Shown: positions 28,065 through 37,942 of the stretch, in pieces
Layout: each line of letters starts with the position of its first letter
How positions within the stretch are numbered: position 1 is the stretch's first letter
Assembly: GCA_963676165.1 (NCBI GenBank)
Contig: OY781043.1
Span: 2,122,793-2,186,792, forward strand
DNA from: Bacteroidales bacterium
GTDB lineage: Bacteria; Bacteroidota; Bacteroidia; Bacteroidales; ML635J-15
Length of the DNA: 64,000 nucleotides
Reading direction: 5' to 3'
Translations under genes and position numbers: made by a program
Notes under the pieces: generated by a model
Seen by the model: the letters and a program-made list of their open reading frames with translations, nothing else
Told to the model about the DNA's origin: nothing
Databases searched by the model: none

Positions 28065-29678
28065 ATGAATAAGGTTATGAAGAAAATTGGAATTTTAAGT
28101 TTTGTGTTGTTGATGGTAAGCCAATTACCAGTTTTTGGACAGGATAATGTAGGAATAGGAACTACCACTCCACACAGTTCTGCTTTATTGGATTTAACTG
28201 CCACAGACAAAGGATTGTTAATCCCGAGAGTCACTTTAATTGCAATTGGAGATGGGACAAGCCCTGTGAATGGTCCTGAAACCGGACTCCTTGTTTACAA
28301 CTCAGGAGGGACATTAACTGCAGGATTTTATTATTGGGATGGCAGTCAGTGGGTCATGGTTGGAGCAGGAGGTGCATCGTGCAATACGCTGGATGAAGCA
28401 TACGATTGTGGTGGCGCAGGTGTTGGCAGAACTATTACTTCTGACAACGGAGCTGTCGAAATAACACTTCCCACAACTGGCACATCAAATTCAGCTTTGG
28501 ATGTATATTCTGACAAAAGTTTGACTTGGGCTATTGGTGCTGAAAACACTGCAACCGGTGTTGCTTTATTAGGCGACATCACAGGAACCAACAATGAATA
28601 CAATGCAGTTCAAGGATCTAGTTATAGTAATTACAACTCTGGTGGAGGAATTGGATCTGGAGGTATCGCAGGTTTTTATGAAGGCACAGGTGATGGTGTT
28701 GGAGTTTACGGACAAGTTGTGGATCCAGCATCATCTGGACAAGCTGGAATTTTTGGATTAAATTCCAGAACAGATGGCGGATATGGAGTTAACGGTCAGG
28801 GTTATGCTGGAATTGTTGGTGAAGCTGTTGTAGCAACATTGGATGGGTTTGGTGTTTATGGGACTTCAAATAACGGAATTGGGGTTCAAGGAGAAACTTA
28901 CGACATGTCATTGTATGGGGTTTCAGGATTAAATTATGCAAGCTATGAAACTGGTGACGGAATAGGTGTCATGGGAGATGGAAATACAGGAGTTTGGGGA
29001 CAAACTGTCGATGGAGCTGGTTATGGAGTTTACGGATTCAATGCAAGTGCAAGTACAACAGAAAACAATATTGGAACCGGAGGTGATGGCTGGGTTGGTG
29101 TGTATGGAGTAACAAATAATACTGCAACAGGATATGGAGTATATTCTGATGGCAATTTTGCATCTTCTGGTACAAAAGCCTTTATCATTGATCATCCAAC
29201 AGATCCTGACAATAAAATCCTTAAACATTACTGTATTGAATCTCCAGAAGTAATAAACCTATATAGAGGTAATGTCACACTAGACGAAAATGGAGAGGCC
29301 GTAATTACACTTCCGGAGTATTTTGAAAGCATTAATACAAATTTTTCGTATAACTTAACTCCAATTGGAGCACCTGTAAATCTTTATATAAAAAAGAAAA
29401 TCGAAAATGGTCAATTCACAATTGCAGGTGGAAATGCAAATATGGAAGTCTCATGGACTGTATATGCTGAAAGAAACGATAAGTTTATTCAATCCTATCC
29501 AGAATCCAAAGCAGTAGAAGTAAACAAAAAAGTACCAGGAAACTATATACGACCAGAACTATACAATAAACCTAAAAACAAATCAGTATTTCCTCAAAAA
29601 GAGAAACAAAAAACAATAAAAATTAAAGAAGAAAACCTTGGAAAAACTCGCAAACAAAAACCTCTAATTCGAAAATAA
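28065..29678 (+). CDS. Secreted Gly-rich fibre/tail-spike-like protein with no recognisable T9SS CTD
   Basis: Signal peptide; NVGIGTTTP...DKGLLIPRV N-domain; many GVxG repeats; C-terminal KAFIIDHP...LKHYCIESPE domain; Lys-rich tail. Confidence 0.6.
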   Translation: MNKVMKKIGILSFVLLMVSQLPVFGQDNVGIGTTTPHSSALLDLTATDKGLLIPRVTLIAIGDGTSPVNGPETGLLVYNSGGTLTAGFYYWDGSQWVMVGAGGASCNTLDEAYDCGGAGVGRTITSDNGAVEITLPTTGTSNSALDVYSDKSLTWAIGAENTATGVALLGDITGTNNEYNAVQGSSYSNYNSGGGIGSGGIAGFYEGTGDGVGVYGQVVDPASSGQAGIFGLNSRTDGGYGVNGQGYAGIVGEAVVATLDGFGVYGTSNNGIGVQGETYDMSLYGVSGLNYASYETGDGIGVMGDGNTGVWGQTVDGAGYGVYGFNASASTTENNIGTGGDGWVGVYGVTNNTATGYGVYSDGNFASSGTKAFIIDHPTDPDNKILKHYCIESPEVINLYRGNVTLDENGEAVITLPEYFESINTNFSYNLTPIGAPVNLYIKKKIENGQFTIAGGNANMEVSWTVYAERNDKFIQSYPESKAVEVNKKVPGNYIRPELYNKPKNKSVFPQKEKQKTIKIKEENLGKTRKQKPLIRK

Positions 29679-29707
29679 TTATTCATTTTCAGATAAATCC
29701 AATTTTC

Positions 29708-29741
29708 AAAAAAAGTGCCCTTTATTTTAGGGCACTTTTTG
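29708..29741 (+). terminator. Intrinsic terminator closing the surface-protein cluster
   Basis: AAAAAGTGCCCT-N7-AGGGCACTTTTT. Confidence 0.85.
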
Positions 29742-29978
29742 TAAATCCACTTTTTCTAATCCTGAAATAGCAATACACAATGCAAGTGCACAAACCATCC
29801 CAAAAAGCACATTGATAACGACAGCAACAATTTATAAAATCACAAATCCACACCTCACTATAGATAGAAATTACATCACAGCCTTATTGAATTTATATCT
29901 GACTTAACAATTAATTCAACTTATTTCCAAATTGCATGTTAAACTATTTGCTTATTTTTACTGTCAAAACAAAATACT

Positions 29979-31787
29979 ATGCACAAAACAACATTCATTA
30001 TTCTTGCTCTAATATTTGCTGGTAAGCTTTTCGCACAAGACATTATCTTGCTACACACTAACGATTTGCACTCCAAACTCAATGGATATTCCCCGGAACT
30101 GGAGTACACACCTCAACAAACCGGTGACGATATGACCGTTGGTGGTTTTGCTCGAATTGCAGGATACATCCAACAAATCAGAACAGAAAATCCAAATGAT
30201 ATTGTCCTTGCTGTTGACGCTGGAGATTTCCTAATGGGTTCCCTCTTTCATCCATTGGAAAAAAATACTGGCTTTCAATTGCGACTTATGAAAGAAATGG
30301 GCTACGATTATCTAACGCTCGGAAATCATGAATTCGACTACGGACCAGGAAGTCTTGCCCATACAATTAATAAAGCAAAAGAGAAAGGTGAAATTCCACA
30401 AATATTACTTACCAATGTCGAATTTGACAAGAAAGACAGTCGTGACGATGCATTAGAAGCACTTTTCAACGATGGAACCATAAAACACTATGCCATTGAA
30501 AACCAAAACAATGTAAGAATCGCATTTCTTGGTATTATCGGATATGATGCTGAGGAAGTTCAACCTTTTTTACCTCCGGTAGAAATTACGGATCCAATTA
30601 AAGCCGTAAAAAAAACATCCAAGGACCTTATTAAAAACGACATAGCAGATCTCGTCATTGTATTATCCCATTCAGGTGTAAAAAAAGAGGATGGTGAATG
30701 GCAAGGTGAAGATGTGGATATTGCAAAAAAAGCATCTCCATACATCCATGCAATCATCAGCGGACACACACATACAAAACTGGAAAAACCAATAATTGAA
30801 AAAGAAGTACCAATTGTTCAAACCGGAAGTGGTGGGAAAAACATTGGAAAACTTATTATCCAAAACAACAATGAGACATTCACATTAAAATCGCATGAAC
30901 TCATTCCTGTTAACGATGACATTCAGGCGATTATGACAATTCAAGATAAAATAGACAAGCAAAACGAGATGGTTCAGCGCGAACTTTTATCTCCATTGAA
31001 TATTCAATATGGAGATGCAGTTTGTGAAACCAGTTTCAATATGGAATGCCATGAAGAAGGTGATTTGCACACTTCAACTTTAGGCCCCTTATTGGCTGAT
31101 GCAATCCAGTATTACGTTACTGATGCTGGTTACAAATCTGATATGTCCCTCATTGCTGCCGGGGTGGTTAGAGATCAACTTAGAGCAGGAAAAAATGGAC
31201 AACAAAACATTGCAGATCTATTCCGTATTGTATCCCTTGGAGAAGGAGAAGACAATATTCCGGGTTATGCACTCGCTCAAGTTTATATCACTGGAAAAGA
31301 ACTCAAAAGTGTCCTTGAAGTTCTGTTAATGACACAAACTTCAAAACCTTCTACTCACTGTTTCTTTAGTGGAATACGTGTGGAAGCAAACATGGATGGA
31401 GGCTTTCTTAAGAGGGTTAAAAACATTGAATTGGGCAATGATATTGATGGATGGGAAACTCTTGACCACAGCAAAAAAAATGAGAAATTGTACGCCGTAA
31501 CTGCCAATGCTTACATGCTTACTTTTCTAAGTATGATAAAACAAAAGAGTTTTGGACTTGTCAACGTGAAACCCAAAGACATTAACGGAGAACCTATTGA
31601 AGATATGGTGAATCAATATTTGGATTTTGACAAAACACAAGATGGTGTACAAGAAGGAAAAGAATGGATAGCATTTTATCACTATGTTAGCAGTTTTCCT
31701 GACACCAATGGGAATGGAATTCCCGATATTCCTGAAATCCGCAAGAAAACTTTCAATCCCGTCAATTACATTGAACATGACAAATAA
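29979..31787 (+). CDS. Bifunctional metallophosphatase / 5'-nucleotidase (secreted)
   Basis: Motifs HTNDLH, DAGD, GNHEFD, LSHSG and SGHTH; 5'-nucleotidase-type C-terminal domain. Confidence 0.92.
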   Translation: MHKTTFIILALIFAGKLFAQDIILLHTNDLHSKLNGYSPELEYTPQQTGDDMTVGGFARIAGYIQQIRTENPNDIVLAVDAGDFLMGSLFHPLEKNTGFQLRLMKEMGYDYLTLGNHEFDYGPGSLAHTINKAKEKGEIPQILLTNVEFDKKDSRDDALEALFNDGTIKHYAIENQNNVRIAFLGIIGYDAEEVQPFLPPVEITDPIKAVKKTSKDLIKNDIADLVIVLSHSGVKKEDGEWQGEDVDIAKKASPYIHAIISGHTHTKLEKPIIEKEVPIVQTGSGGKNIGKLIIQNNNETFTLKSHELIPVNDDIQAIMTIQDKIDKQNEMVQRELLSPLNIQYGDAVCETSFNMECHEEGDLHTSTLGPLLADAIQYYVTDAGYKSDMSLIAAGVVRDQLRAGKNGQQNIADLFRIVSLGEGEDNIPGYALAQVYITGKELKSVLEVLLMTQTSKPSTHCFFSGIRVEANMDGGFLKRVKNIELGNDIDGWETLDHSKKNEKLYAVTANAYMLTFLSMIKQKSFGLVNVKPKDINGEPIEDMVNQYLDFDKTQDGVQEGKEWIAFYHYVSSFPDTNGNGIPDIPEIRKKTFNPVNYIEHDK

Positions 31788-31798
31788 ATAAACTGACA

Positions 31799-31832
31799 CC
31801 CCCAATATCTTTAAGAAATTGGGGTTTTCTTT
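31799..31832 (+). terminator. Probable intrinsic terminator
   Basis: CCCCAAT-N11-ATTGGGG followed by TTTTCTTT. Confidence 0.6.
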
Positions 31833-32044
31833 CTCTCCTTCTCTCCCACCTTTAAGCGTAGCGAAATCTGTCATAGCTTTCTAACATTCTATATTTCTAT
31901 CGCTTAAGATTTATCTTCACAAAAGAAGCTCACCCAGACTTAACTATACTCATTCTAAATTACCTCTTTTCGCTCTAAAAGGGACAAAAAGCAGCTTAAA
32001 TAAATCTTAAAACTTATACTTTTGTTCATTTAAAATTAGCTTAC

Positions 32045-32467
32045 ATGGCAGGTAAGGGACTAGTAGAACATAGTGGAATTGTTGCGAAAACAGAGGGTGA
32101 CAAAGTAACTGTTAAGATTCTTGCACAATCTGCTTGCATTTCTTGTAAACTCAACGGAGTATGTGGAGCTGACACACAGGAAAAACTTATCGAAGTTACG
32201 CATGTTAAAGACACTTATTCAATCGGTGAAAAGGTAGCAGTCATCATGACAGAAAAACTCGGCATGAAAGCCTTGTTTTATGGTTATTTAATGCCATTTA
32301 TTGTTGTACTCGTCACTTTACTGGTTGTCAATGCAGTAACAAATAATCAAGGATTAAGCGGACTAATTGCCGTTGGAAGTTTAGCTCCTTATTATCTGAT
32401 ATTATCGCTTTTTAAAGAAAAGCTAAAAAAATCTTTCGAATTTAACTTACACAAAAGTATGCAGTAA
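32045..32467 (+). CDS. rseC: SoxR-reducing system RseC/MucC family membrane protein
   Basis: SACxxCxxxxxC motif, two TM helices, first gene before rnfB; TACTTTTG -7 element at 32017-32024. Confidence 0.88.
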   Translation: MAGKGLVEHSGIVAKTEGDKVTVKILAQSACISCKLNGVCGADTQEKLIEVTHVKDTYSIGEKVAVIMTEKLGMKALFYGYLMPFIVVLVTLLVVNAVTNNQGLSGLIAVGSLAPYYLILSLFKEKLKKSFEFNLHKSMQ

Positions 32468-32468
32468 T

Positions 32469-33449
32469 ATGAACGATTTATCGATTGTACTTTTAACATT
32501 AGCAACACTCAGCGGATTAGGAGTTATCCTAGCGCTGATTTTGTATTTTGTTGCGCAAAAATTCAAGGTGGTTGAAGATCCTCGCATCGATGAGGTTGAA
32601 GAGCTTCTTCCCGGAGCAAATTGTGGAGGTTGCGGTTATCCCGGATGTCGTGGATTTGCTGAAGCCTGTGTCACTGCGGATAATCTTGATGCATTTTTCT
32701 GCCCTGTGGGTGGAAATGATCTCATGAAAGCAGTTGGTAAGGCTTTGGGTGCTGAAATCAGTGAAAAAGAGCCACAGGTTGCAGTTGTCAGATGTCAGGG
32801 AAGCCCTGACCATCGAAAAGAATTACGTGAATACGATGGACCAAAATCATGTACTATCGCTCATTCACTTTTTGGTGGAACAACCGATTGTGCTCACGGA
32901 TGTCTTGGTCAAGGAGATTGTGTTGAAGTGTGTACATTTGATGCCATTCACATGAATCCGGAAACCAACTTACCTGAAGTGGTTGAAGATGCTTGTACTG
33001 CATGCGGTGCTTGTGTTGATGCATGTCCTCGTGACATCATTGAACTTCGTAATGTCGGTAAAAAATCCCGTCGCATTTATGTTTCTTGCATTAACACTGA
33101 CAAAGGTGCTCCTGCGAAGAAAGCTTGTGATGTGGCATGTATTGGTTGTGGCAAATGTGTTAAGATTTGTCCTTTCGATGCAATTACGCTTGAAAACAAT
33201 GTCGCTTATATCGATTACGAAAAATGTAAGCTCTGTCGTAAGTGTGTTGCAGAATGCCCAACAAATGCAATTGTCGAATTGAATTTCCCTCCAAGGAAAC
33301 CCAAAGCAGATAAACCAGCAGCACCGAAAAAAGAAGCAGTAAAAGCGGAAGCCAAACCTGCTCCTGAAAAGGAAGCTCAGAAAGCTGAACAAGCAAAAGA
33401 AGAAGCTCCAAAAGCTGAAGAAAAGAACACAAATACTAATCAAGAATAA
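32469..33449 (+). CDS. rnfB: Rnf electron transport complex subunit B (polyferredoxin)
   Basis: LPGANCGGCGYPGC; multiple CxxCxxCxxxCP motifs; N-terminal TM helix. Confidence 0.95.
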   Translation: MNDLSIVLLTLATLSGLGVILALILYFVAQKFKVVEDPRIDEVEELLPGANCGGCGYPGCRGFAEACVTADNLDAFFCPVGGNDLMKAVGKALGAEISEKEPQVAVVRCQGSPDHRKELREYDGPKSCTIAHSLFGGTTDCAHGCLGQGDCVEVCTFDAIHMNPETNLPEVVEDACTACGACVDACPRDIIELRNVGKKSRRIYVSCINTDKGAPAKKACDVACIGCGKCVKICPFDAITLENNVAYIDYEKCKLCRKCVAECPTNAIVELNFPPRKPKADKPAAPKKEAVKAEAKPAPEKEAQKAEQAKEEAPKAEEKNTNTNQE

Positions 33450-33463
33450 TAGGAGGAAACAAC

Positions 33464-34795
33464 ATGTTGAAAACCTTTCCAAAAGGCGGAGTTCACCCAG
33501 CAGAAAACAAAATGGCTGCTGGCGCCGAAATTCAATCTTTGCCACTACCTAAACAGGTTGTCATCCCTCTCGCACAACATATTGGAGCTCCGGCTCAAGC
33601 TGTTGTTAAACGTGGAGACATTGTAAAAACAGGAACCCTCATTGCGAAAGCTGGAGGATTTGTTTCTGCTAACATTCACTCATCAGTTTCTGGTAAAGTG
33701 AAGAAAATTGACAATGTACTGGACAGCTCTGGATACAAAAAACCATCCATTATTATTGATGTTGATGGAGATGAATGGGAAGATGCAATCGATCGTGACC
33801 CTGCGTTGATGAAAGATATCTCTAAATCACCCGATGAAATCAGACAAAAAATCATGGACGCAGGTATCGTTGGTCTTGGAGGTGCAACCTTCCCTACTCA
33901 CGTAAAACTATCTGTTCCTGAAGGCAAATCCATTGAATATATTGTCATCAATGCAGTAGAATGTGAACCTTATCTTACCGCTGACCATCGTGTTATGCTT
34001 GAAAAAGCGCACGAAATCATGGTCGGAACCAGCTTACTCATGAAAGCTGCAGGCGTTGAGAAAGCAATTATCGGTATTGAAAACAACAAACCTGATGCCA
34101 TTGAACTTTTGGCAAAAGTTGCAAAAGAATATCAAGGCATTCAAGTTGACGCATTAAAAGTCCAATATCCACAAGGTGGTGAAAAGCAACTTATTAAAGC
34201 AGTCCTTGATCGCGAAGTTCCTAGCGGAGGACTTCCTTTAGATGTTGGCTGTGTTGTTCAAAACGTTGGAACTGCTATTGCTGTTTACGAAGCAGTACAG
34301 AAAAGCAAACCACTGATTGAACGCGTTGTCACTGTCACTGGAAAATCAGTAAAGAAACCTGTCAATCTAATGGCTCGTATTGGAACCTCTGCTGACATGC
34401 TCATCGAAGCTGCCGGCGGACTTCCTGAAGACACTGGTAAAGTTGTCAATGGTGGCCCTATGATGGGAAAAGCCATTTCTGACACCAATGTTCCTGTCAC
34501 AAAAGGCACAAGTGGAATTCTTATCTTTAACAAACAAGAAAGCAAACGTGCAAAAACATACAACTGTATCCGTTGCGCTCGTTGTACCTTCGTTTGTCCT
34601 CAAGGATTGGAGCCTTTCAACTTGAAAAATATCTCAGAAATCAGCGATTGGGAAAAACTCGAAAACGAACATGTTATGGATTGCATCGAATGTGGTTCAT
34701 GTTCTTATACATGTCCGGCAGGTGTCCCACTGCTCGATTATATCCGTTTAGGAAAATCAACTGTAAGTCAAATCATTCGCTCAAGAAAAAACTAA
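33464..34795 (+). CDS. rnfC: Rnf subunit C
   Basis: Motifs QHIGAP, GLGGATFPTHVK, ECEPYLTAD and GGPMMG; two Fe-S motifs. Confidence 0.96.
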   Translation: MLKTFPKGGVHPAENKMAAGAEIQSLPLPKQVVIPLAQHIGAPAQAVVKRGDIVKTGTLIAKAGGFVSANIHSSVSGKVKKIDNVLDSSGYKKPSIIIDVDGDEWEDAIDRDPALMKDISKSPDEIRQKIMDAGIVGLGGATFPTHVKLSVPEGKSIEYIVINAVECEPYLTADHRVMLEKAHEIMVGTSLLMKAAGVEKAIIGIENNKPDAIELLAKVAKEYQGIQVDALKVQYPQGGEKQLIKAVLDREVPSGGLPLDVGCVVQNVGTAIAVYEAVQKSKPLIERVVTVTGKSVKKPVNLMARIGTSADMLIEAAGGLPEDTGKVVNGGPMMGKAISDTNVPVTKGTSGILIFNKQESKRAKTYNCIRCARCTFVCPQGLEPFNLKNISEISDWEKLENEHVMDCIECGSCSYTCPAGVPLLDYIRLGKSTVSQIIRSRKN

Positions 34796-34799
34796 TATA

Positions 34800-35801
34800 A
34801 TGAATAAATTAAGCGTTTCATTATCCCCGCACGTCAAAGACAAAGACTCAGTACCAAAAATTATGTACTGGGTAATCATCGCTTTGATTCCTGCACTGTT
34901 GGTCTCTGTCTATTTTTTTGGACTTAGCGCCATTCGTGTACAAGCTATAGCCATTGTTTCAGCAATTTTCTTTGAATGGCTAATTCAAAAATTCTTCATT
35001 AAAGGAGGAAATACAATTCCTGATGGCTCTGCAGCTTTAACAGGCATGCTGTTGGCATTTAACGTGCCTGCAAATCTTCCTTGGTGGATTATTGTTATTG
35101 GCTCATTGGTTGCTATAGGCATTGGTAAAATGTCATTTGGTGGTCTTGGAAAGAACCCTTTCAACCCGGCGCTCGTTGGTCGTGTGTTTATGTTGATCTC
35201 TTTCCCTGTTCAAATGACAAGCTGGCCAAAAGTTAATGTCATGAATTTTGCTGGCGTTGATGCTGAAACTGGTGCAACTCCACTTGCAATCATGAAAGAG
35301 GGATTAGCAAACGGAGAAAAAGTCAGCGACATTATGAACTCCATGCCAACCACACTTGTGGACATGATGACTGGTAATATGGGTGGTTCTCTCGGTGAAA
35401 TTTCCGCCATTGCACTTATCCTTGGTGGTATCATTTTGTTAGTTAAGAAAGTGATTTCCATTGAAATTCCAGCATCCATATTATTAACCATTGCTGCTTT
35501 CACAGGAATTTTAAACCTCATCAATCCGGAAGCATTTGCCGGTCCAGCTTTCCATCTCCTTGGTGGTGGTGTCATGCTCGGTGCAATTTATATGGCAACA
35601 GATATGGTAACTTCTCCTATGTCGAAAAAAGGCATGTGGATTTACGGTATCGGAATTGGCGTAATTACTGTGCTTATTCGTGTTTGGGGTGCATATCCAG
35701 AAGGTATTTCATTCGCTATTCTTATTATGAATGCATTTGTGCCTCTCATTAACAATAGTATGAAACCAAAACTTTTTGGTGCAGTGAAAGAAAAAAAATA
35801 G
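34800..35801 (+). CDS. rnfD: Rnf subunit D
   Basis: FGGLGKNPFNPA, FMN site TGATPL, MATDMVTSP, YPEG. Confidence 0.96.
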   Translation: MNKLSVSLSPHVKDKDSVPKIMYWVIIALIPALLVSVYFFGLSAIRVQAIAIVSAIFFEWLIQKFFIKGGNTIPDGSAALTGMLLAFNVPANLPWWIIVIGSLVAIGIGKMSFGGLGKNPFNPALVGRVFMLISFPVQMTSWPKVNVMNFAGVDAETGATPLAIMKEGLANGEKVSDIMNSMPTTLVDMMTGNMGGSLGEISAIALILGGIILLVKKVISIEIPASILLTIAAFTGILNLINPEAFAGPAFHLLGGGVMLGAIYMATDMVTSPMSKKGMWIYGIGIGVITVLIRVWGAYPEGISFAILIMNAFVPLINNSMKPKLFGAVKEKK

Positions 35802-35821
35802 AAATTTTTAAGTTATAAGAT

Positions 35822-36409
35822 ATGGCTAAAAAAGAATCAACAATTGTAAATATGGTATTGACACTCCTTGTCATTACTGCCGTCGCTAGCGTTGCACTTG
35901 GCTTCGTTTACAATGCAACCAAAGGACCAATTGCGGAATCAAAACAAGCAAAATTGGAAGCTGCGATATCTGTTGTGCTCCCTGAATTTGATAAATTGGA
36001 TGAAGAACTGCTCGTCAAACCACAAGATGGCGCTGATGATTTAAGTTTCTATCATGCATACAAAGAAGAAGAATATGTTGGAACAGCAGTAAAAACATAC
36101 ACAGACAAAGGGTTTAGCGGTCGATTTTGGATTATGATAGGATTTTTACCTGATGGTACCATTTTTAACACTGCAGTTTTGGAACATAAAGAAACCCCGG
36201 GATTGGGAGATAAAATGGATGTAGCAAAAAGTGATTTTTCTGTCCAATTCAAAGAACAAAATCCTCAATCATTCAAACTTTCTGTCACTAAAGACGGTGG
36301 AGATGTACAAGCAATTACAGCGGCAACCATTTCATCACGTGCTTTTTGTGATGCAACACAAAGAGCTTATGATGCATTTATGAACAATAAAAAGGAAGGA
36401 GTTCAATAA
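35822..36409 (+). CDS. rnfG: Rnf subunit G
   Basis: HKETPGLG; FMN site TAATISS. Confidence 0.95.
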   Translation: MAKKESTIVNMVLTLLVITAVASVALGFVYNATKGPIAESKQAKLEAAISVVLPEFDKLDEELLVKPQDGADDLSFYHAYKEEEYVGTAVKTYTDKGFSGRFWIMIGFLPDGTIFNTAVLEHKETPGLGDKMDVAKSDFSVQFKEQNPQSFKLSVTKDGGDVQAITAATISSRAFCDATQRAYDAFMNNKKEGVQ

Positions 36410-36987
36410 TGAATCAACTAAAAAACTTCACAAAAGGGTTTATTAAAGAAAATCCAGTTTTTGTCCTTCTGCTTGGGATGTGTCCAACTTTGGGTGTAAC
36501 CACATCAGCAATTAACGGACTCGGTATGGGACTAGCGACAACATTTGTACTAGTCATGTCAAACCTTGTAATTTCACTGATAAAATCTGTAATTCCGGAT
36601 AAGGTAAGAATCCCATCTTTCATTGTTATCATTGCTTCGTTTGTAACCATTGTTGACTTAGCAATGAATGCTTATGTTCCGGCTTTACATGCACAATTAG
36701 GATTGTTTATTCCTTTGATTGTTGTGAACTGTATCGTTCTCGGACGTGCGGAAGCATTCGCATCTAAAAATAACATTGGATCTTCCATCATTGATGGATT
36801 AGGAATGGGACTTGGGTTTGCATTTGCACTTACCATTCTTGGTGGCTTGCGCGAAATTCTGGGTTCACTTTCCATTTTCGGATTCAAATTCGCTGAAGGT
36901 GACGGAATGTTGGTATTTGTCCTTGCTCCGGGAGCTTTCCTTGGCTTGGCTTACCTCATTGCATTAACAAACAAAATCAAAAAGTAA
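36409..36987 (+). CDS. rnfE: Rnf subunit E
   Basis: ENPVF..LGMCP; [15 protein letters not shown]. Confidence 0.95.
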   Translation: MNQLKNFTKGFIKENPVFVLLLGMCPTLGVTTSAINGLGMGLATTFVLVMSNLVISLIKSVIPDKVRIPSFIVIIASFVTIVDLAMNAYVPALHAQLGLFIPLIVVNCIVLGRAEAFASKNNIGSSIIDGLGMGLGFAFALTILGGLREILGSLSIFGFKFAEGDGMLVFVLAPGAFLGLAYLIALTNKIKK

Positions 36988-37006
36988 CAAATAAAACATT
37001 TTTGCT

Positions 37007-37579
37007 ATGCAATATATATTAATCATTATTAGCGCAATATTTGTCAATAATATTATTCTTGCTCAGTTTTTAGGAATCTGCCCTTTTCTTGGCGTCTCTT
37101 CAAAAGTAAAAACTGCAGCCGGCATGAGTGGTGCTGTTTTGTTTGTCATGACAATTGCAACCATTATTACTTGGCTTATTCAAACCTACGTCCTTGAAAG
37201 ATTTGGTCTTCAATACATGCAAACCATTGCCTTTATTTTGATCATCGCTTCTCTCGTTCAAATGGTTGAAATTATTCTTAAGAAAATCAGCCCATCCTTG
37301 TATCAAGCACTTGGAGTTTTCCTCCCTTTGATTACAACCAACTGTGCTATTCTTGGTGTTGCTTTACTTACCATTCAAAAAGATTATGATCTATTGCAAT
37401 CAGTATTCTTTGCAATTGGGAATGCAGGTGGTTTCGCCTTAGCACTTATTCTTTTTGCCGGTATCCGCGAACACCTCGATCTCGTTCAAGTCCCAAAAGG
37501 CATGCGTGGCATTCCTGCAGCTCTCGTAGTTGCTGGTATCCTTGCTCTCGCATTCATGGGATTCGCTGGCCTCGTTTAA
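37007..37579 (+). CDS. rnfA: Rnf subunit A
   Basis: [11 protein letters not shown]; [12 protein letters not shown]. Confidence 0.95.
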   Translation: MQYILIIISAIFVNNIILAQFLGICPFLGVSSKVKTAAGMSGAVLFVMTIATIITWLIQTYVLERFGLQYMQTIAFILIIASLVQMVEIILKKISPSLYQALGVFLPLITTNCAILGVALLTIQKDYDLLQSVFFAIGNAGGFALALILFAGIREHLDLVQVPKGMRGIPAALVVAGILALAFMGFAGLV

Positions 37580-37598
37580 AAAAATTACATCAACATAT

Positions 37599-37634
37599 AA
37601 AACTGCCTTTTCACTTTGTGGGAAGGCAGTTTTT
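37599..37634 (+). terminator. rnf operon intrinsic terminator
   Basis: AAAACTGCCTT...AAGGCAGTTTTT. Confidence 0.85.
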
Positions 37635-37831
37635 GGTTTGGGGGATGTAAATAACATAGCCTAAAACCGCTCACAAACACTCTTGTAAATATTTCCGGCA
37701 AATTATTTATACTAACATTGGTTTTAAGGAAATTATTTCATAAATTGAACTCTGATTTATACAAATCAAGCAACTTAACGAATTGCAAAAAGAAATAAGC
37801 CTGTAATCCCCGCATTGCAAGTGTTCTAAAC

Positions 37832-37906
37832 AAAAAAAGCGACTATCGCCGCTTTAAATGTTTTCACAACGGAATAATCCTTATTGCGATTTGCTTTCAA
37901 AATGTA
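37832..37906 (-). ncRNA. tracrRNA of the type II-C system
   Basis: Minus strand reads TACATTTTGAAAGCAAATCGCAAT-AAGGATTATTCCGTTGTGAAAACATTT-AAAGCGGCGATAGTCGCTTTTTTT. The anti-repeat (37883-37906) matches 20 of the first 24 nt of the repeat, with two differences giving G.U pairs. It ends in a hairpin plus U-tract. Confidence 0.9.
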
Positions 37907-37909
37907 GTT

Positions 37910-37939
37910 CAAAGATAAAGAAAATATTTAAAACAACAA
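37910..37939 (-). promoter_or_regulatory. tracrRNA promoter (Bacteroidota -33/-7)
   Basis: TTG (37939-37937)-N19-TATCTTTG (37917-37910) on the minus strand, just upstream of the anti-repeat. Confidence 0.75.
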
Positions 37940-37942
37940 GAT

